A DNA stretch of 64,000 bases, taken from contig JBMOLL010000053.1 of NCBI GenBank assembly GCA_049325415.1, positions 3,684 through 67,683 of the forward strand. The letters run 5' to 3'. The DNA is from Bacteroidota bacterium. Its GTDB lineage: Bacteria > Bacteroidota > Bacteroidia > Bacteroidales > GCA-2748055. The translations under genes and the position numbers were made by a program. This document shows positions 17,391 to 27,056 of the stretch, in pieces. Every line of letters begins with the position of its first letter. Position 1 is the stretch's first letter. Under the pieces are notes generated by a model. It had not been told where the DNA came from. It made no database searches and worked only from the letters and a program-made list of their open reading frames with translations.

Positions 17391-18308
17391 TCAGCTTCCA
17401 CAACCACCGCAACCACCGCCGCCACAGCCTCCACCTCCCCCGCAGCCGGAACAGCCCGAACCGGAGCAACCCGAACTCATGAAATAGCCCGTACCTGCAT
17501 CCTTCGCTAATTCGATCTGGTCCTCAAACAGGACGCCGATATCGGTTCCCAGAAAACCTGCTACCCCAAAAACGGCAATTCCGTAAAGAAGATTCTGATC
17601 AGCAAGGAGGTTCTCCGTCGCTGTGGTGGTCTTGAGCCATTCGAAGCGCGTCTGCGATTTCTTCAGAAACTTCCTGCCCAGTGCAGAGCTTCTCTCCTTA
17701 TCCGGTTTTATAACCATAAAAAGAGCCGCAAGCAGAGCAATCAGCAAAAGGATCAGGTAACTGAAAGGCTTATCCCTTACAATACCGAAGTAGAGTTTCA
17801 GTCCGCCGGGGATCATAATCAGGAAAAAAGTGACAAGAAGCAACAGGTAACGCCCGTTGCGGATTTGCTGATCGGCAAGGAGCTTCTTCTGCTTAAGATT
17901 TTCAATATTCGGGGCAAAAACCTCTTCCACCGTCTTCAGGGAGTTACGTTTAAGCAAATGCCTCAACAGTCTTGGCTTCTCAAGAAAGTTATAAATGAGT
18001 AGTTCAACAGGGCCTGATTCGGAAAATCCGTTTCCGGATTTTTTGATGAAATGCGGTTTTTTATTTATGTCGATTTCCACAGCCTTGCTTCGCCATAGAT
18101 TAAAAACCGAGGTGAGCACCACTCCCCTGCTCCCCTCTTTCAGATAGGCTATCTCAGAGGGAGACACCATCGTGGGTTCAGGGACCTCATAGCCGGAGGT
18201 ATAATCGCGCAGCATGAGGAAGCGGGCCAAAACGATCAGGCCTGCGGAATACAGGGCAAAATACAGCAGGAACTGTGGTCCGGGAATGGAAATCAACTGG
18301 TCAACCAT
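17391..18308 (-). CDS. TIGR04222-like membrane protein with Gly/Cys-only C-terminal tail
   Basis: 305 aa. The N-terminal IPGPQFLLYFALYSAGLIVLARFL...SPSEIAYLKEGSRGVVLTSVFNLW matches my recollection of the TIGR04222 domain. It has 3-4 TM helices. The last 28 aa are SSGCSGSGCSGCGGGGGCGGGGCGGCGS. Confidence 0.65.
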   Translation of the reverse strand: MVDQLISIPGPQFLLYFALYSAGLIVLARFLMLRDYTSGYEVPEPTMVSPSEIAYLKEGSRGVVLTSVFNLWRSKAVEIDINKKPHFIKKSGNGFSESGPVELLIYNFLEKPRLLRHLLKRNSLKTVEEVFAPNIENLKQKKLLADQQIRNGRYLLLLVTFFLIMIPGGLKLYFGIVRDKPFSYLILLLIALLAALFMVIKPDKERSSALGRKFLKKSQTRFEWLKTTTATENLLADQNLLYGIAVFGVAGFLGTDIGVLFEDQIELAKDAGTGYFMSSGCSGSGCSGCGGGGGCGGGGCGGCGS

Positions 18309-18454
18309 AGCAAAGTCTTTTTTCCGGTGAAAAAAAATATTAAAATCAGCCGGCTCGCGGTTTGACTCAATTTACGAAATTCTTTTATCTGCAAAGGATC
18401 CCGGCAGAATTTTTCATCCCTCCGGAAACAAAATTCAGCTACGGGCCCGGGTAA

Positions 18455-19114
18455 CTATCTTGCCCTGATCACCCTGAACGACCAGTACACCACGTTCAGG
18501 AAGATCCCCAGGAAGAGGGTCATCCCCCAGGTGCCGGGGTGGCTCATGGGTGAGATGACCCGATCGCCGATATCGTACAGCAGCTGAAAAGGTTCGGTGA
18601 GGATGTCCCAGCTGTTCCAGCGCAGGTAACGGCCGACATAAACCCCGAAACTTCCTATAAACAATAGGGAAACAGACAGCAGGATCAGCCAGAATCGGGA
18701 AAGCACGCCCGACAGCATCTTCTCAATATCCATCAGGCTGAACAGTCCGAAAACCAGCCCGGTCCAGGCAAAGCTGAGGATAAGGACCAGGTCGAACCAC
18801 AGCGGCATGGTGCTTTTCAGCCGGAGGTGGAACAGGTCGGTAAGGATATAGGGTGCGTTGGGAAAGAACAACAGCCAGAGCGCAATGATCCCCGCAACGA
18901 CCAGCTTCCTCTTTCTCAGTCCGGGCCGGATGATGACCAGGCTGGTGAGCAGCCAGGGAATGAAGGCCAGGAAAAGGTTCCAGTTGAGAAAAAGGAACTG
19001 GGTGGTATCGGAATAAAACAGACGAAAGAGGGATAATGCAAAACAGAGTGCGGTGGATATCCCCAGGTAAAGTGTCTCGTAATAACGGTTGTGTTCTTTC
19101 AGTATCTGTAACAT
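18455..19114 (-). CDS. DUF1361-like integral membrane protein
   Basis: ORF 18455..19321 trimmed to ATG 19114 (MLQILKEHNRYYETLYLGISTALCF...). Polytopic. Motifs NWNLFLAFIPW and FFPNAPYILTDL are DUF1361-like. It overlaps the dgkA-like gene by 16 nt. Confidence 0.6.
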   Translation of the reverse strand: MLQILKEHNRYYETLYLGISTALCFALSLFRLFYSDTTQFLFLNWNLFLAFIPWLLTSLVIIRPGLRKRKLVVAGIIALWLLFFPNAPYILTDLFHLRLKSTMPLWFDLVLILSFAWTGLVFGLFSLMDIEKMLSGVLSRFWLILLSVSLLFIGSFGVYVGRYLRWNSWDILTEPFQLLYDIGDRVISPMSHPGTWGMTLFLGIFLNVVYWSFRVIRAR

Positions 19115-19476
19115 AAGGCAAGCAGGTGGGGGATAAATACCAACAGACCGATAATGACTGCCGTGACCGCACTGACAAGAACCCCGGCAGCAGCAAGGTC
19201 CTTGATCTTCCTGATCCGCTCGTCCTTCTGCGTGGAATAGAGATCGGCCAGTCGTTCCATGGATGAATTCAGGATCTCGGTGACGAATACAAAACCGATG
19301 GCAAAGCTCAGCGCCAGCCATTCCACCGCACTTACCCTGAACAGAAGACCTGCCGTCACGACCACTGCCGCCGCAAGCAGGTGGATCAGGGCATTGGGCT
19401 CTTCGGTAAACAGGGTATGCAGACCGTTAAAGGCATACCTGAAGCTTTTAATTCTGTCCCTGAGCCTGAATTTCAT
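19099..19476 (-). CDS. dgkA: diacylglycerol kinase family protein (prokaryotic DgkA type)
   Basis: 125 aa with 3 TM helices. Contains the SFRYAFNGL and EILNSSMERLADL (E..N..E..D) signatures. Confidence 0.75.
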   Translation of the reverse strand: MKFRLRDRIKSFRYAFNGLHTLFTEEPNALIHLLAAAVVVTAGLLFRVSAVEWLALSFAIGFVFVTEILNSSMERLADLYSTQKDERIRKIKDLAAAGVLVSAVTAVIIGLLVFIPHLLALCYRY

Positions 19477-19583
19477 TGTATGAGTTGTGTATTTATCCGT
19501 GTTTTACATTAATACGCCGGCAGCAGGCAAATATTTTGCCGGCGGAGCCTTTTAGGATTTTTTAAGAATTCCCTTCCCTATCC

Positions 19584-20075
19584 TTACTCCGAGGCAAAGG
19601 AAAAGTGCTGCTGCATCATGATCCAGCGGCCGTCGCGCTTCTCCAGCACACCAGTCCAGCGCGTATTCTCCCAGCTGGCCGGCTGTCCCTTCCACTCATT
19701 GATGTCGTCGAGGAGGCAGTAGAACCAGGCCACCTCACCCGACGCAGAAAAACGGATGTCCAGGTCGCTGATCGCGTACCGGATGGCCCTGAAGTCTTCG
19801 TGCATCCAGAATGCTTCAGCCTTCCTGAATTCATCGAAGCCTTTCACCACCCGTTTGCCCGGGTCGACCTCCAGATAGGTCGAATCGTTGCAGATCACGG
19901 AATACAGCAGATCCAGGTCCTTGGTGGCGGCCCAGCCGATACTGCTGCGGATGGCCTGTTCAACAGCTTCCTTATCGCCGGCCCCGGCCGGGGTCCCCTT
20001 TTCTCTGTCACAGGAAAGGGAAAAAAGGATCAGCGGAATCAACAGGCATAAAAAAAGCGGACGTGTTGTCATCAT
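19584..20075 (-). CDS. NTF2-like (SnoaL/DUF4440-type) lipoprotein, putative
   Basis: 163 aa with lipobox LFSLSCD. Size and pattern (W...GVLEKRDGRWIMMQQHFS) fit a cone-shaped NTF2-like fold. The functional call is weak. Confidence 0.45.
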   Translation of the reverse strand: MMTTRPLFLCLLIPLILFSLSCDREKGTPAGAGDKEAVEQAIRSSIGWAATKDLDLLYSVICNDSTYLEVDPGKRVVKGFDEFRKAEAFWMHEDFRAIRYAISDLDIRFSASGEVAWFYCLLDDINEWKGQPASWENTRWTGVLEKRDGRWIMMQQHFSFASE

Positions 20076-20177
20076 CTTCTCATTTAAAGAAGCATAAAAG
20101 TTACGCTATTTTTGACATGAAACCTGAATGCCACCGAAAAAATGAATACCGGAAAAAGAGCCGGAAAGAAAAAACCT

Positions 20178-22067
20178 TCAGCGGCAATTCTCGCAATAGC
20201 TGTCCTTCAACTCCGGATTTTCGAGTAACTGAAAAGTTACACCACCTGACATGTTCGAATCGAACAGTCTGCAGAAGCGCTGGGGATTTATGTTCCAGGC
20301 ATTGAAAAGGATCTTCCTGAACTCCTGAACCTGAAACATCCTTTCGTCTACAAGGGTAAGATTGAGATAATAAAAAAGCAGGTCTTCGGACACGTCAATC
20401 TCACCGGCCCGCTTTTCGATGATCCGGATCGCCCAGTCGGTTCTTGCATAGGACGAAAAATACTGGGCAAGATTCAGGTAATCATCGTCACTTAAAGGAA
20501 TATGTTTATAGGCAACGTAAATATAATTGAGTGCCTTGTTCTTACTGATATAGTCCCTGTTTCTCATGTGGTACTCACTCATCAGAATCTCATAATTAAT
20601 GAGCATCCTGTCCACAAGGGCCTCAGGTATCCCACCCTTTTGAAGATCCTGGATCTCTTCTCTGAATGCAGAGAGATCTATAAGATCCTCCCTCATGATC
20701 CACATTCTGAATTTCAGTGAGCACAGGTTATATCGCAGATGAAAATCTCCGGGCATCAGGTCAAGAAGCTCTTCCAGTTCCCTGTATGCCTGAAATACAT
20801 CCGAAACATCAGTCAGGTATCTGAAAACAGCATTCCTGAACAGAAGCAGACTGTATTCCGACCTCCGTGGAACTTCCAGCCTGTCAATGGCTGACGCCGG
20901 CAATTCGTGATCGGTGATCTTCTCAAAGACCGCTTTCTGGATCTCAACGGCCCGTTCCAGGTTTTTCTCCTCCAGTGACTGGGGGAATAAGTGAAAGAGC
21001 TCTTCTGTATCCCGACTGAACTTATGCTCTTTCTTCCGGAGGTCCAGAACGATGATCGCTTTCCGGTGCTTTCTCAGGATGGGCTCCAGTTCTTCCGCCA
21101 CCTTCTTCTCGGCCAGTACAGCTTTAATTTCCTCCTTGCCCCAATCGGCAAGAAACGAATACCTGGTGTATATGATATCGCTGAAAAAGTCAACCCAGTT
21201 CTCCGAAGCATGAATCTCCTGAATGATGGAGGGATCCTGATACGACTGAAGGGCCGAAACAATGTTCTGCGCCCTCTCCTCCTGCAGTTCCCTGTTTCTT
21301 TCGGTGGTACCTTCTACGCTTGAATACGCCCTGACAGTTATCTTTTTGATATCATAATCCGTGAGCTTCAGTGAATCATATAGCGGCCGGATATCTTCCG
21401 GTGAGTAATCGGATTTGTTTTGTTCAAAAGGGATCTCAAAGCGAAGTGTTTTTGATAAAAAGCCGGTCCCATAAGTTTCATCCCACTTTGAAAAGGCTTT
21501 CCTGACATAGGTCAGTGTATCAAAATAGAAACCCATATCAAGCAAATCCCAGCGATAGCTTTCCAGGTGATAATAGGAAATATAATAACTGATCGAATTA
21601 TTCCTGATCAATGCAAGGTTCAACTCAATTTCACTGTGAAGGAGTTCCTTCGGAATGCTTCCCAGCGGAATAAGAAGCTGACTGTCTGGCAGAATTTTCA
21701 TATTCGCTTCCATATCCGGCAAAAAAACCGGTTCCAGAAGCCTGCCCTTTATCGGAGTGTTGTAATATTCAGGAATACTGTCACAATCGTATTGTTCCTT
21801 CCTGAGTATATCCACGGCAAGACCGTCGGCAGGTGAAGTAAAGAATTTCGTGAACCAGGAAGCATCGGTCAGACTGAACAGGATTTGTCCGTTAAGATCA
21901 CAGTGGATGCTAAGCATTACTTCCTCGGGTTTCTGTTCCATCAGTTTCAGCAAGGCAGTGTTCTCACTGCTTCCCGGACGCGCAATTTTCAGACCGAAAT
22001 AGTCCTGGGCCAACAAACTGCCGGTGGATAGTGCCAGAAAAATAACAAACGCAAAAAGTCTGGTCAT
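20178..22067 (-). CDS. hypothetical secreted protein
   Basis: ORF trimmed to ATG 22067, giving signal peptide MTRLFAFVIFLALSTGSLLAQD. 629 aa. An internal OmpA-like fragment motif (VRAYSSVEGTTERNRELQEERAQNI) is the only feature I see. Confidence 0.5.
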   Translation of the reverse strand: MTRLFAFVIFLALSTGSLLAQDYFGLKIARPGSSENTALLKLMEQKPEEVMLSIHCDLNGQILFSLTDASWFTKFFTSPADGLAVDILRKEQYDCDSIPEYYNTPIKGRLLEPVFLPDMEANMKILPDSQLLIPLGSIPKELLHSEIELNLALIRNNSISYYISYYHLESYRWDLLDMGFYFDTLTYVRKAFSKWDETYGTGFLSKTLRFEIPFEQNKSDYSPEDIRPLYDSLKLTDYDIKKITVRAYSSVEGTTERNRELQEERAQNIVSALQSYQDPSIIQEIHASENWVDFFSDIIYTRYSFLADWGKEEIKAVLAEKKVAEELEPILRKHRKAIIVLDLRKKEHKFSRDTEELFHLFPQSLEEKNLERAVEIQKAVFEKITDHELPASAIDRLEVPRRSEYSLLLFRNAVFRYLTDVSDVFQAYRELEELLDLMPGDFHLRYNLCSLKFRMWIMREDLIDLSAFREEIQDLQKGGIPEALVDRMLINYEILMSEYHMRNRDYISKNKALNYIYVAYKHIPLSDDDYLNLAQYFSSYARTDWAIRIIEKRAGEIDVSEDLLFYYLNLTLVDERMFQVQEFRKILFNAWNINPQRFCRLFDSNMSGGVTFQLLENPELKDSYCENCR

Positions 22068-22204
22068 TAACAATCCTGTTTTATATACTGAAATGAACAG
22101 ATCCAACTTTACAACGACCTCTCTGGAAGTAAAACCGAAAAAAGACTGAGCTGTACTCCGCTATCGTTCCGCACCGGGACATGATCAACAGATCAGCCCT
22201 GAAC

Positions 22205-22768
22205 TCAGGAAATATGGATCCGCCCCGAAATCAGCAGGTAGAAAATGGCAATAAAAATAATGCTGAGGGTAATAAATGCCAGGTATTTGTTTCGCTGGAT
22301 CTTTTTCATACTGTCTTCCAGCTCGGGGTTGAGTAGCAAAACCTTGTTCTTGATGAAACCTGTCAGTTCATCGTCGCCCATCATTGCCCTCGTCTTGCGG
22401 TCGGGAAGATAGCCCAGCTTTTTTTCAAGACCCGTGGAACGGTCCTTGTACCGGATGGTGATCAGCGAAGGACTGGAAAGATCGAATTTTGAAATCCACA
22501 GAATGTCCCCGTATTCAATGGTTTTCTTCCCGTCCTTGTTCAGGATGTGGACCCCGCTGTCGTCGGCTTCGATACTTTTAAGCCGGAAAGGCATTTGCAG
22601 GGAGAAGACAAAGATCCAGACAAACAGGAAGATGGTGGCGACCATGTATTCGAGGGACAGTTCGCCTGCCTTATTCCCGAAAACATAGATGAAATAAACC
22701 ATCAGGGCCAGGGTCATGGCCGGGTAAAGGTACTTGTAGATGTTGGTGGAGGAGGAACTTTTAAACAT
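22205..22768 (-). CDS. hypothetical membrane protein
   Basis: 187 aa. Two N-terminal TM helices, a soluble middle domain and a C-terminal TM helix. No recognisable motif. Confidence 0.5.
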   Translation of the reverse strand: MFKSSSSTNIYKYLYPAMTLALMVYFIYVFGNKAGELSLEYMVATIFLFVWIFVFSLQMPFRLKSIEADDSGVHILNKDGKKTIEYGDILWISKFDLSSPSLITIRYKDRSTGLEKKLGYLPDRKTRAMMGDDELTGFIKNKVLLLNPELEDSMKKIQRNKYLAFITLSIIFIAIFYLLISGRIHIS

Positions 22769-22848
22769 GGTAATGAAATTTAGGTCAGATCAAATGTAGC
22801 TTTTTTGGAAGGAATCCGGAAACGGAATAGGACATTTCCCCTGTGCGC

Positions 22849-24075
22849 TTATCCCGGCCTGAGAATGGGGGCCAGCCTGAAGCGGAAAGTAAGGGTTTCT
22901 CCCTCCCGGTCGACAGAGACCACCAGGGAACGGGTATTTTTAAAATAATCGCCCTGGTCTTCAAAGGGGATCTCACCAACGGGTTTACGGTTAACGGTCA
23001 GGATCCGGTCGTTGATCATCAGTCCGGCTTTTTCCGCAGCACTGCTTTCGGTAAGGCCGGTAACGATCCAGCCGCCCATGGTCTGGCAGCGGTCGACCCA
23101 GGTGAAGCCCATCCTGTCGAATTCATAGGCTTCGGTGAAGGTTCCGTTCGGACGGAAATAGAGGCGGTCGCCCTTAAAATCGAAATACAGGTCGAAGCGG
23201 TCGAGCACATCATTCCCGATAATACCCAGGTACTCCCCTCCTGCCAGGATCCCCGATTCGTCGAGGCTGAACGACATATTGACATTCCGGAGCCGGCAGT
23301 CGCCCAGTCGCAGGGAGTCGGCAATGAAATCCCACGACGACGATTCTCCCCCGATACCCCCGTATTCGGTATAGTACCGTACTTTCTCGCGGATCAGTGA
23401 ATCCAGGTGCATATCGGCAGCGGCCTTTCCGGAGATCGAAGAGGTCGGCGAACCCGTATCCAGTATGAAATCCCCTGAAACCAGCTCTCCCCCGCGGATG
23501 GCGATCTCCACCTGGACACAGATATAGTGCCCGATGCGGTGGACCGGCAAAGAGGCACACCCGCCGATACCGGCCGAATCAATGGATTCGTGAATCGCAA
23601 TGTACCTGTCCTCATAGTTCACTTCCAGCACCTCTTTCCTGAAGAAGCCCTTCCCGAGCAGACCGTCGATGATGTCGCCGCCGGCCGGTTTGATGTTAAG
23701 TACCGGAACGGGCTTTGCCCTGTAATCCTTTCCGGAAAGCGTGAACTGCACGGAATCGGTGATGACGATGATACGCTGACTGCCTGTACCGATGCCTGTG
23801 ATATTGGCATGGTAGAAATTTTCGTATTCAATCCGGTTGCTGCTTTTAAAAAGGCTGTCGAGGAGAAGCTCATCCGCCCCGGTATCCAGCAACAGGCTGG
23901 CCGGCACGTTCTCCACCTCTCCCTGTACCAGGACATAATCGGAATAGATCACAGGAACGGCGCCGGGCGGGATGATGCCTTTCCGTCCGGAATCCTCCCC
24001 GCCTGTCATGCTGTTGCAGGCAGTGGTCACCAGGATGGCCGAAATTAAAAGTATGCGGTGCTTCATTCCTTTCAT
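22849..24075 (-). CDS. retropepsin-like aspartic protease (two DTG lobes) with C-terminal PDZ domain
   Basis: Signal/lipobox LISAILVTTACNS. Two aspartyl-protease signatures, LLLDTGADELLLD and FILDTGSPTSSIS. The C-terminal PDZ-like segment reads GGWIVTGLTESSAAEKAGLMINDRILTVNRKPV. Confidence 0.7.
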   Translation of the reverse strand: MKGMKHRILLISAILVTTACNSMTGGEDSGRKGIIPPGAVPVIYSDYVLVQGEVENVPASLLLDTGADELLLDSLFKSSNRIEYENFYHANITGIGTGSQRIIVITDSVQFTLSGKDYRAKPVPVLNIKPAGGDIIDGLLGKGFFRKEVLEVNYEDRYIAIHESIDSAGIGGCASLPVHRIGHYICVQVEIAIRGGELVSGDFILDTGSPTSSISGKAAADMHLDSLIREKVRYYTEYGGIGGESSSWDFIADSLRLGDCRLRNVNMSFSLDESGILAGGEYLGIIGNDVLDRFDLYFDFKGDRLYFRPNGTFTEAYEFDRMGFTWVDRCQTMGGWIVTGLTESSAAEKAGLMINDRILTVNRKPVGEIPFEDQGDYFKNTRSLVVSVDREGETLTFRFRLAPILRPG

Positions 24076-24240
24076 CGGGCTAACTTCCTTTTTCCTGCAG
24101 GTGTGACTGCCTTAGGGGCAGTCAGTTAAGGTTCCTGTTGATCAGGATGGATTTAACTCCCTGATTTTTATCCATCTAAAAATAGAAAAATTAAAATGAA
24201 TTCTGCAACAGTATGACTTTATTCTTTTAAGCACTGTCGA

Positions 24241-24939
24241 TTACTCGCTCTGAAGGGAAGGTCGGGACGTATTGTATTTAACGAGCATGTCGTATTGTGC
24301 CTGCAACTGCCGGCAAACGGAGGTCTGTTTCACCTCGGGGGAGAAAGAGCCCAGGATGCTGCCCATCTCTTCCACCGGCAGCGTTCCGAAATAGCGTGCA
24401 AGGAGGAAGGGGGAGATCGGGGAAGCCGGGTTCTCCTTCACAAAGTTATAGGTAAAGGCGGCAAATTCATCCATCCGGCTGTTCACCAGACTGTCGAAGG
24501 CCACCGGGCCAAGGGTGCGGGCCAGGGCCGTATCCAGCTGAAGGGCGATGAGCTCTTTTTCGCGGGAACGGATCCGTTCGTTGTATTCCCGGTTCACGGT
24601 TCCTCCCGAGATCTCCGATCCCTGCTCCCAGTTTTCCGCGTCGATGGTTATATCGAGGCGACCGGCTTCAAGGAAAAAGGGGAAGAAGCCCCGGATGTTC
24701 TCCCGGCTGTTGTGGATCACCCAGAGCTCGGGAAAGCCGCAGGTCCCGGTAAAGGTGAATTTTCCATCGCTGATCAGCACCGAATCCACTTTGGGTTCCT
24801 CGCTGTAGAATTTCACCATGTAGATCCATTCATCGGCGAGGTCGCCGTTGATATGACCGTTTATCCTGTAGGAGGATGAGTTTGTGCATGCCCCCGGAAT
24901 AAGGAGGAGGAGCAGGAGGAGGAGCAGATTTTTTTTCAT
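24241..24939 (-). CDS. DUF4369-like lipoprotein (no thioredoxin CxxC)
   Basis: Lipobox LLIPGACTN. The N-terminal YRINGHINGDLADEWIYMVKF...DSVLISDGKFTFTG resembles DUF4369, the usual N-domain of TlpA-like proteins. No CxxC motif follows. Confidence 0.45.
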   Translation of the reverse strand: MKKNLLLLLLLLLIPGACTNSSSYRINGHINGDLADEWIYMVKFYSEEPKVDSVLISDGKFTFTGTCGFPELWVIHNSRENIRGFFPFFLEAGRLDITIDAENWEQGSEISGGTVNREYNERIRSREKELIALQLDTALARTLGPVAFDSLVNSRMDEFAAFTYNFVKENPASPISPFLLARYFGTLPVEEMGSILGSFSPEVKQTSVCRQLQAQYDMLVKYNTSRPSLQSE

Positions 24940-24950
24940 CGTATTAAATT

Positions 24951-27056
24951 TTAATTTCCAGTCTGTAGAGCCGGTTCTTCTTCCAGTACCGTTCCGTAAC
25001 GTATAATCTCCAGATCGTCGTACCAGACCGCGATACCGGAAGGATTATAAACATAGCTTATCAGTTCACTACCCGACATTTCGGCGGTCACAAATACTTC
25101 CATCCCGAGCTTTTCCCAGCCCGATTCCTCTTTTTCCAGGACCTGAAAGGTACTGTTGTAATATCCCCCTGAAGCACAGGAAGCTACCGGACCGCCGGCA
25201 GCACCCTCCGGGTTTTTCCGCCAAACCGTTATCCGGAAGCTCTCTCCGTTTATCAGGTCCCGGTTATGTAAGGTCAGACCAAAGCGCTGTTCACCGGCCA
25301 GGCGGCTTGACCAGAAGCCGGAATGCACCTCTTCCCCATCGCGGGTCTGCCCATCACTGAACAGGGTGCTATCCGGCTCACCCAGAAAAAACTTTTTATC
25401 CTCGCAGAGTCTTTCAGCCCCGCAACGGAAAATTTCAACCGGAATGCGTTCCGGCAGTGAAAAATTCACGTTAGTGTCTCTAAGGTTGAAGATAAGCACC
25501 GAGCCTCTGCGGGCAGTAAGATGAGTGCAAAAGGGCCGGAGGTAATCATAGCGGTAAAGCCATTCGATACCGTTCAGGATCAGGTATTTTGCCCCTTTAC
25601 TGCGTGAACCGGCTATCCCGGCACTATCCTGGTTATAATGTACGGGAGTACCCCGGTTAAAACGGGCATCGGTATAGGCGGTCCAGCCTTTCCTGTTCAT
25701 CAGGTAAAGTGAGGCATTGCTGTTATCGGGAAGAGAAATCACGGTATCGCCGGGCAATACACCGATCTGATCCAGAAAGGGTGAAAGGGTATAGATATCC
25801 TTCAATCCTCCGAATTGATCCGGTTTACCATTATAGCGGTTGTTGAGCTCTCCCCTGGTATATATCACGTTAAAGACAATCAGGGCCACGAAAAGCAGGC
25901 GAACAATCCAGGAATCCATAATTGAGGGAAGGCAGCGTTTTCCCAGGTCAAGTAAGGCGACCAGAATAATCACCGGCAGGATGAACAGGTCGATAGTATA
26001 GTAATCGTGATCGGCAAAGGTCCAGAACTGCAGCAGGATATAAAGTGCCATCTCCGTTATAAGGATGATGAGGGCTGCCAGGAAGACCCGGTTTGTCCGG
26101 CGAAAGAAAATCAGCAATATTGAAAGGGCGATGAAGAAGAACAGATGTAATACCGGATGGAAATACTGATCGAACCATATTTTCCTGACATTGTGGACCA
26201 CACGGGCAACCTCGTCAGGTGCCGTATTCCAGAGCGGAAAGACGGTGGTGGAAAAATAGCTGCAGTCGTGACGGGCATTATACCAGGATGCGTACCCTAT
26301 CCAGAGTCCTGACAGGACGAGTACTGCGAAAAACGGTAACACAAAGCTTACAGGCTTTGTAAACAGCCGGTTATTTCCGCTGAAACGCAACACCCCTGTG
26401 GCTTCTGTCAGCCAGATCCCCGCAAAAACGAAAAAAGAAAAAAGCGCGGTAATCTTGAAGGATCCGGCGATCAGGATAAACAACATGCTTAACAGGAAAT
26501 TCCGCCTGCTTCTTTCGTGTGTAAACCGGATAAAATAAAACCACGACGCCACTGAAAAGGCAAAAGCCGGCGTATTGCTCAGGAAATTGTTACCGTAGTA
26601 CGCCAGTACCGGTGAGGCAAAGAAAAGGAGCGGTGCAGCAAGGGCCCAGAAGGTATCTTTGATCAGGTAACTGATAATCCGGAACAGGTAGAAAAGGCCC
26701 AGGAAAAAAAGCAGCGTATTCAGGATACGGTAGATCTCTTCATGATAGCCAAACACTTTGTACAACAGGGCAACGGCATAGTACAGCAAAGGGACCTCAC
26801 TGGTGCAGCCTTTACCCGAGGTTCCACCGTCGGAGGTAAGATTATGTGTCTCCGGTTCAAAAAAGCGCATTCCGCCCTGGTAATAGTTCAGGGCAATTGA
26901 AGCACAGTCTGCTTGTCTCCAGCGGTGCACCGACATGGGCCGTTTCATCAGGATGCCCTGATAGTCGTATATGACGGCTACGGCCAACATGAGAATAAGG
27001 AACAATAAGGCAGGCAGGTATTTTCGGCGGTCAGACCTCATATTTCCCGGATTCAA
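24951..27056 (-). CDS. ArnT/PMT-like membrane glycosyltransferase paralogue with C-terminal extracytoplasmic domain, putative
   Basis: 701 aa. About 12 hydrophobic helices are followed by a ~290-aa soluble C-terminal domain. The N-terminal loop motif is shared with 13841-15310. The start overlaps the upstream acyltransferase gene by 26 nt. Confidence 0.5.
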   Translation of the reverse strand: MNPGNMRSDRRKYLPALLFLILMLAVAVIYDYQGILMKRPMSVHRWRQADCASIALNYYQGGMRFFEPETHNLTSDGGTSGKGCTSEVPLLYYAVALLYKVFGYHEEIYRILNTLLFFLGLFYLFRIISYLIKDTFWALAAPLLFFASPVLAYYGNNFLSNTPAFAFSVASWFYFIRFTHERSRRNFLLSMLFILIAGSFKITALFSFFVFAGIWLTEATGVLRFSGNNRLFTKPVSFVLPFFAVLVLSGLWIGYASWYNARHDCSYFSTTVFPLWNTAPDEVARVVHNVRKIWFDQYFHPVLHLFFFIALSILLIFFRRTNRVFLAALIILITEMALYILLQFWTFADHDYYTIDLFILPVIILVALLDLGKRCLPSIMDSWIVRLLFVALIVFNVIYTRGELNNRYNGKPDQFGGLKDIYTLSPFLDQIGVLPGDTVISLPDNSNASLYLMNRKGWTAYTDARFNRGTPVHYNQDSAGIAGSRSKGAKYLILNGIEWLYRYDYLRPFCTHLTARRGSVLIFNLRDTNVNFSLPERIPVEIFRCGAERLCEDKKFFLGEPDSTLFSDGQTRDGEEVHSGFWSSRLAGEQRFGLTLHNRDLINGESFRITVWRKNPEGAAGGPVASCASGGYYNSTFQVLEKEESGWEKLGMEVFVTAEMSGSELISYVYNPSGIAVWYDDLEIIRYGTVLEEEPALQTGN

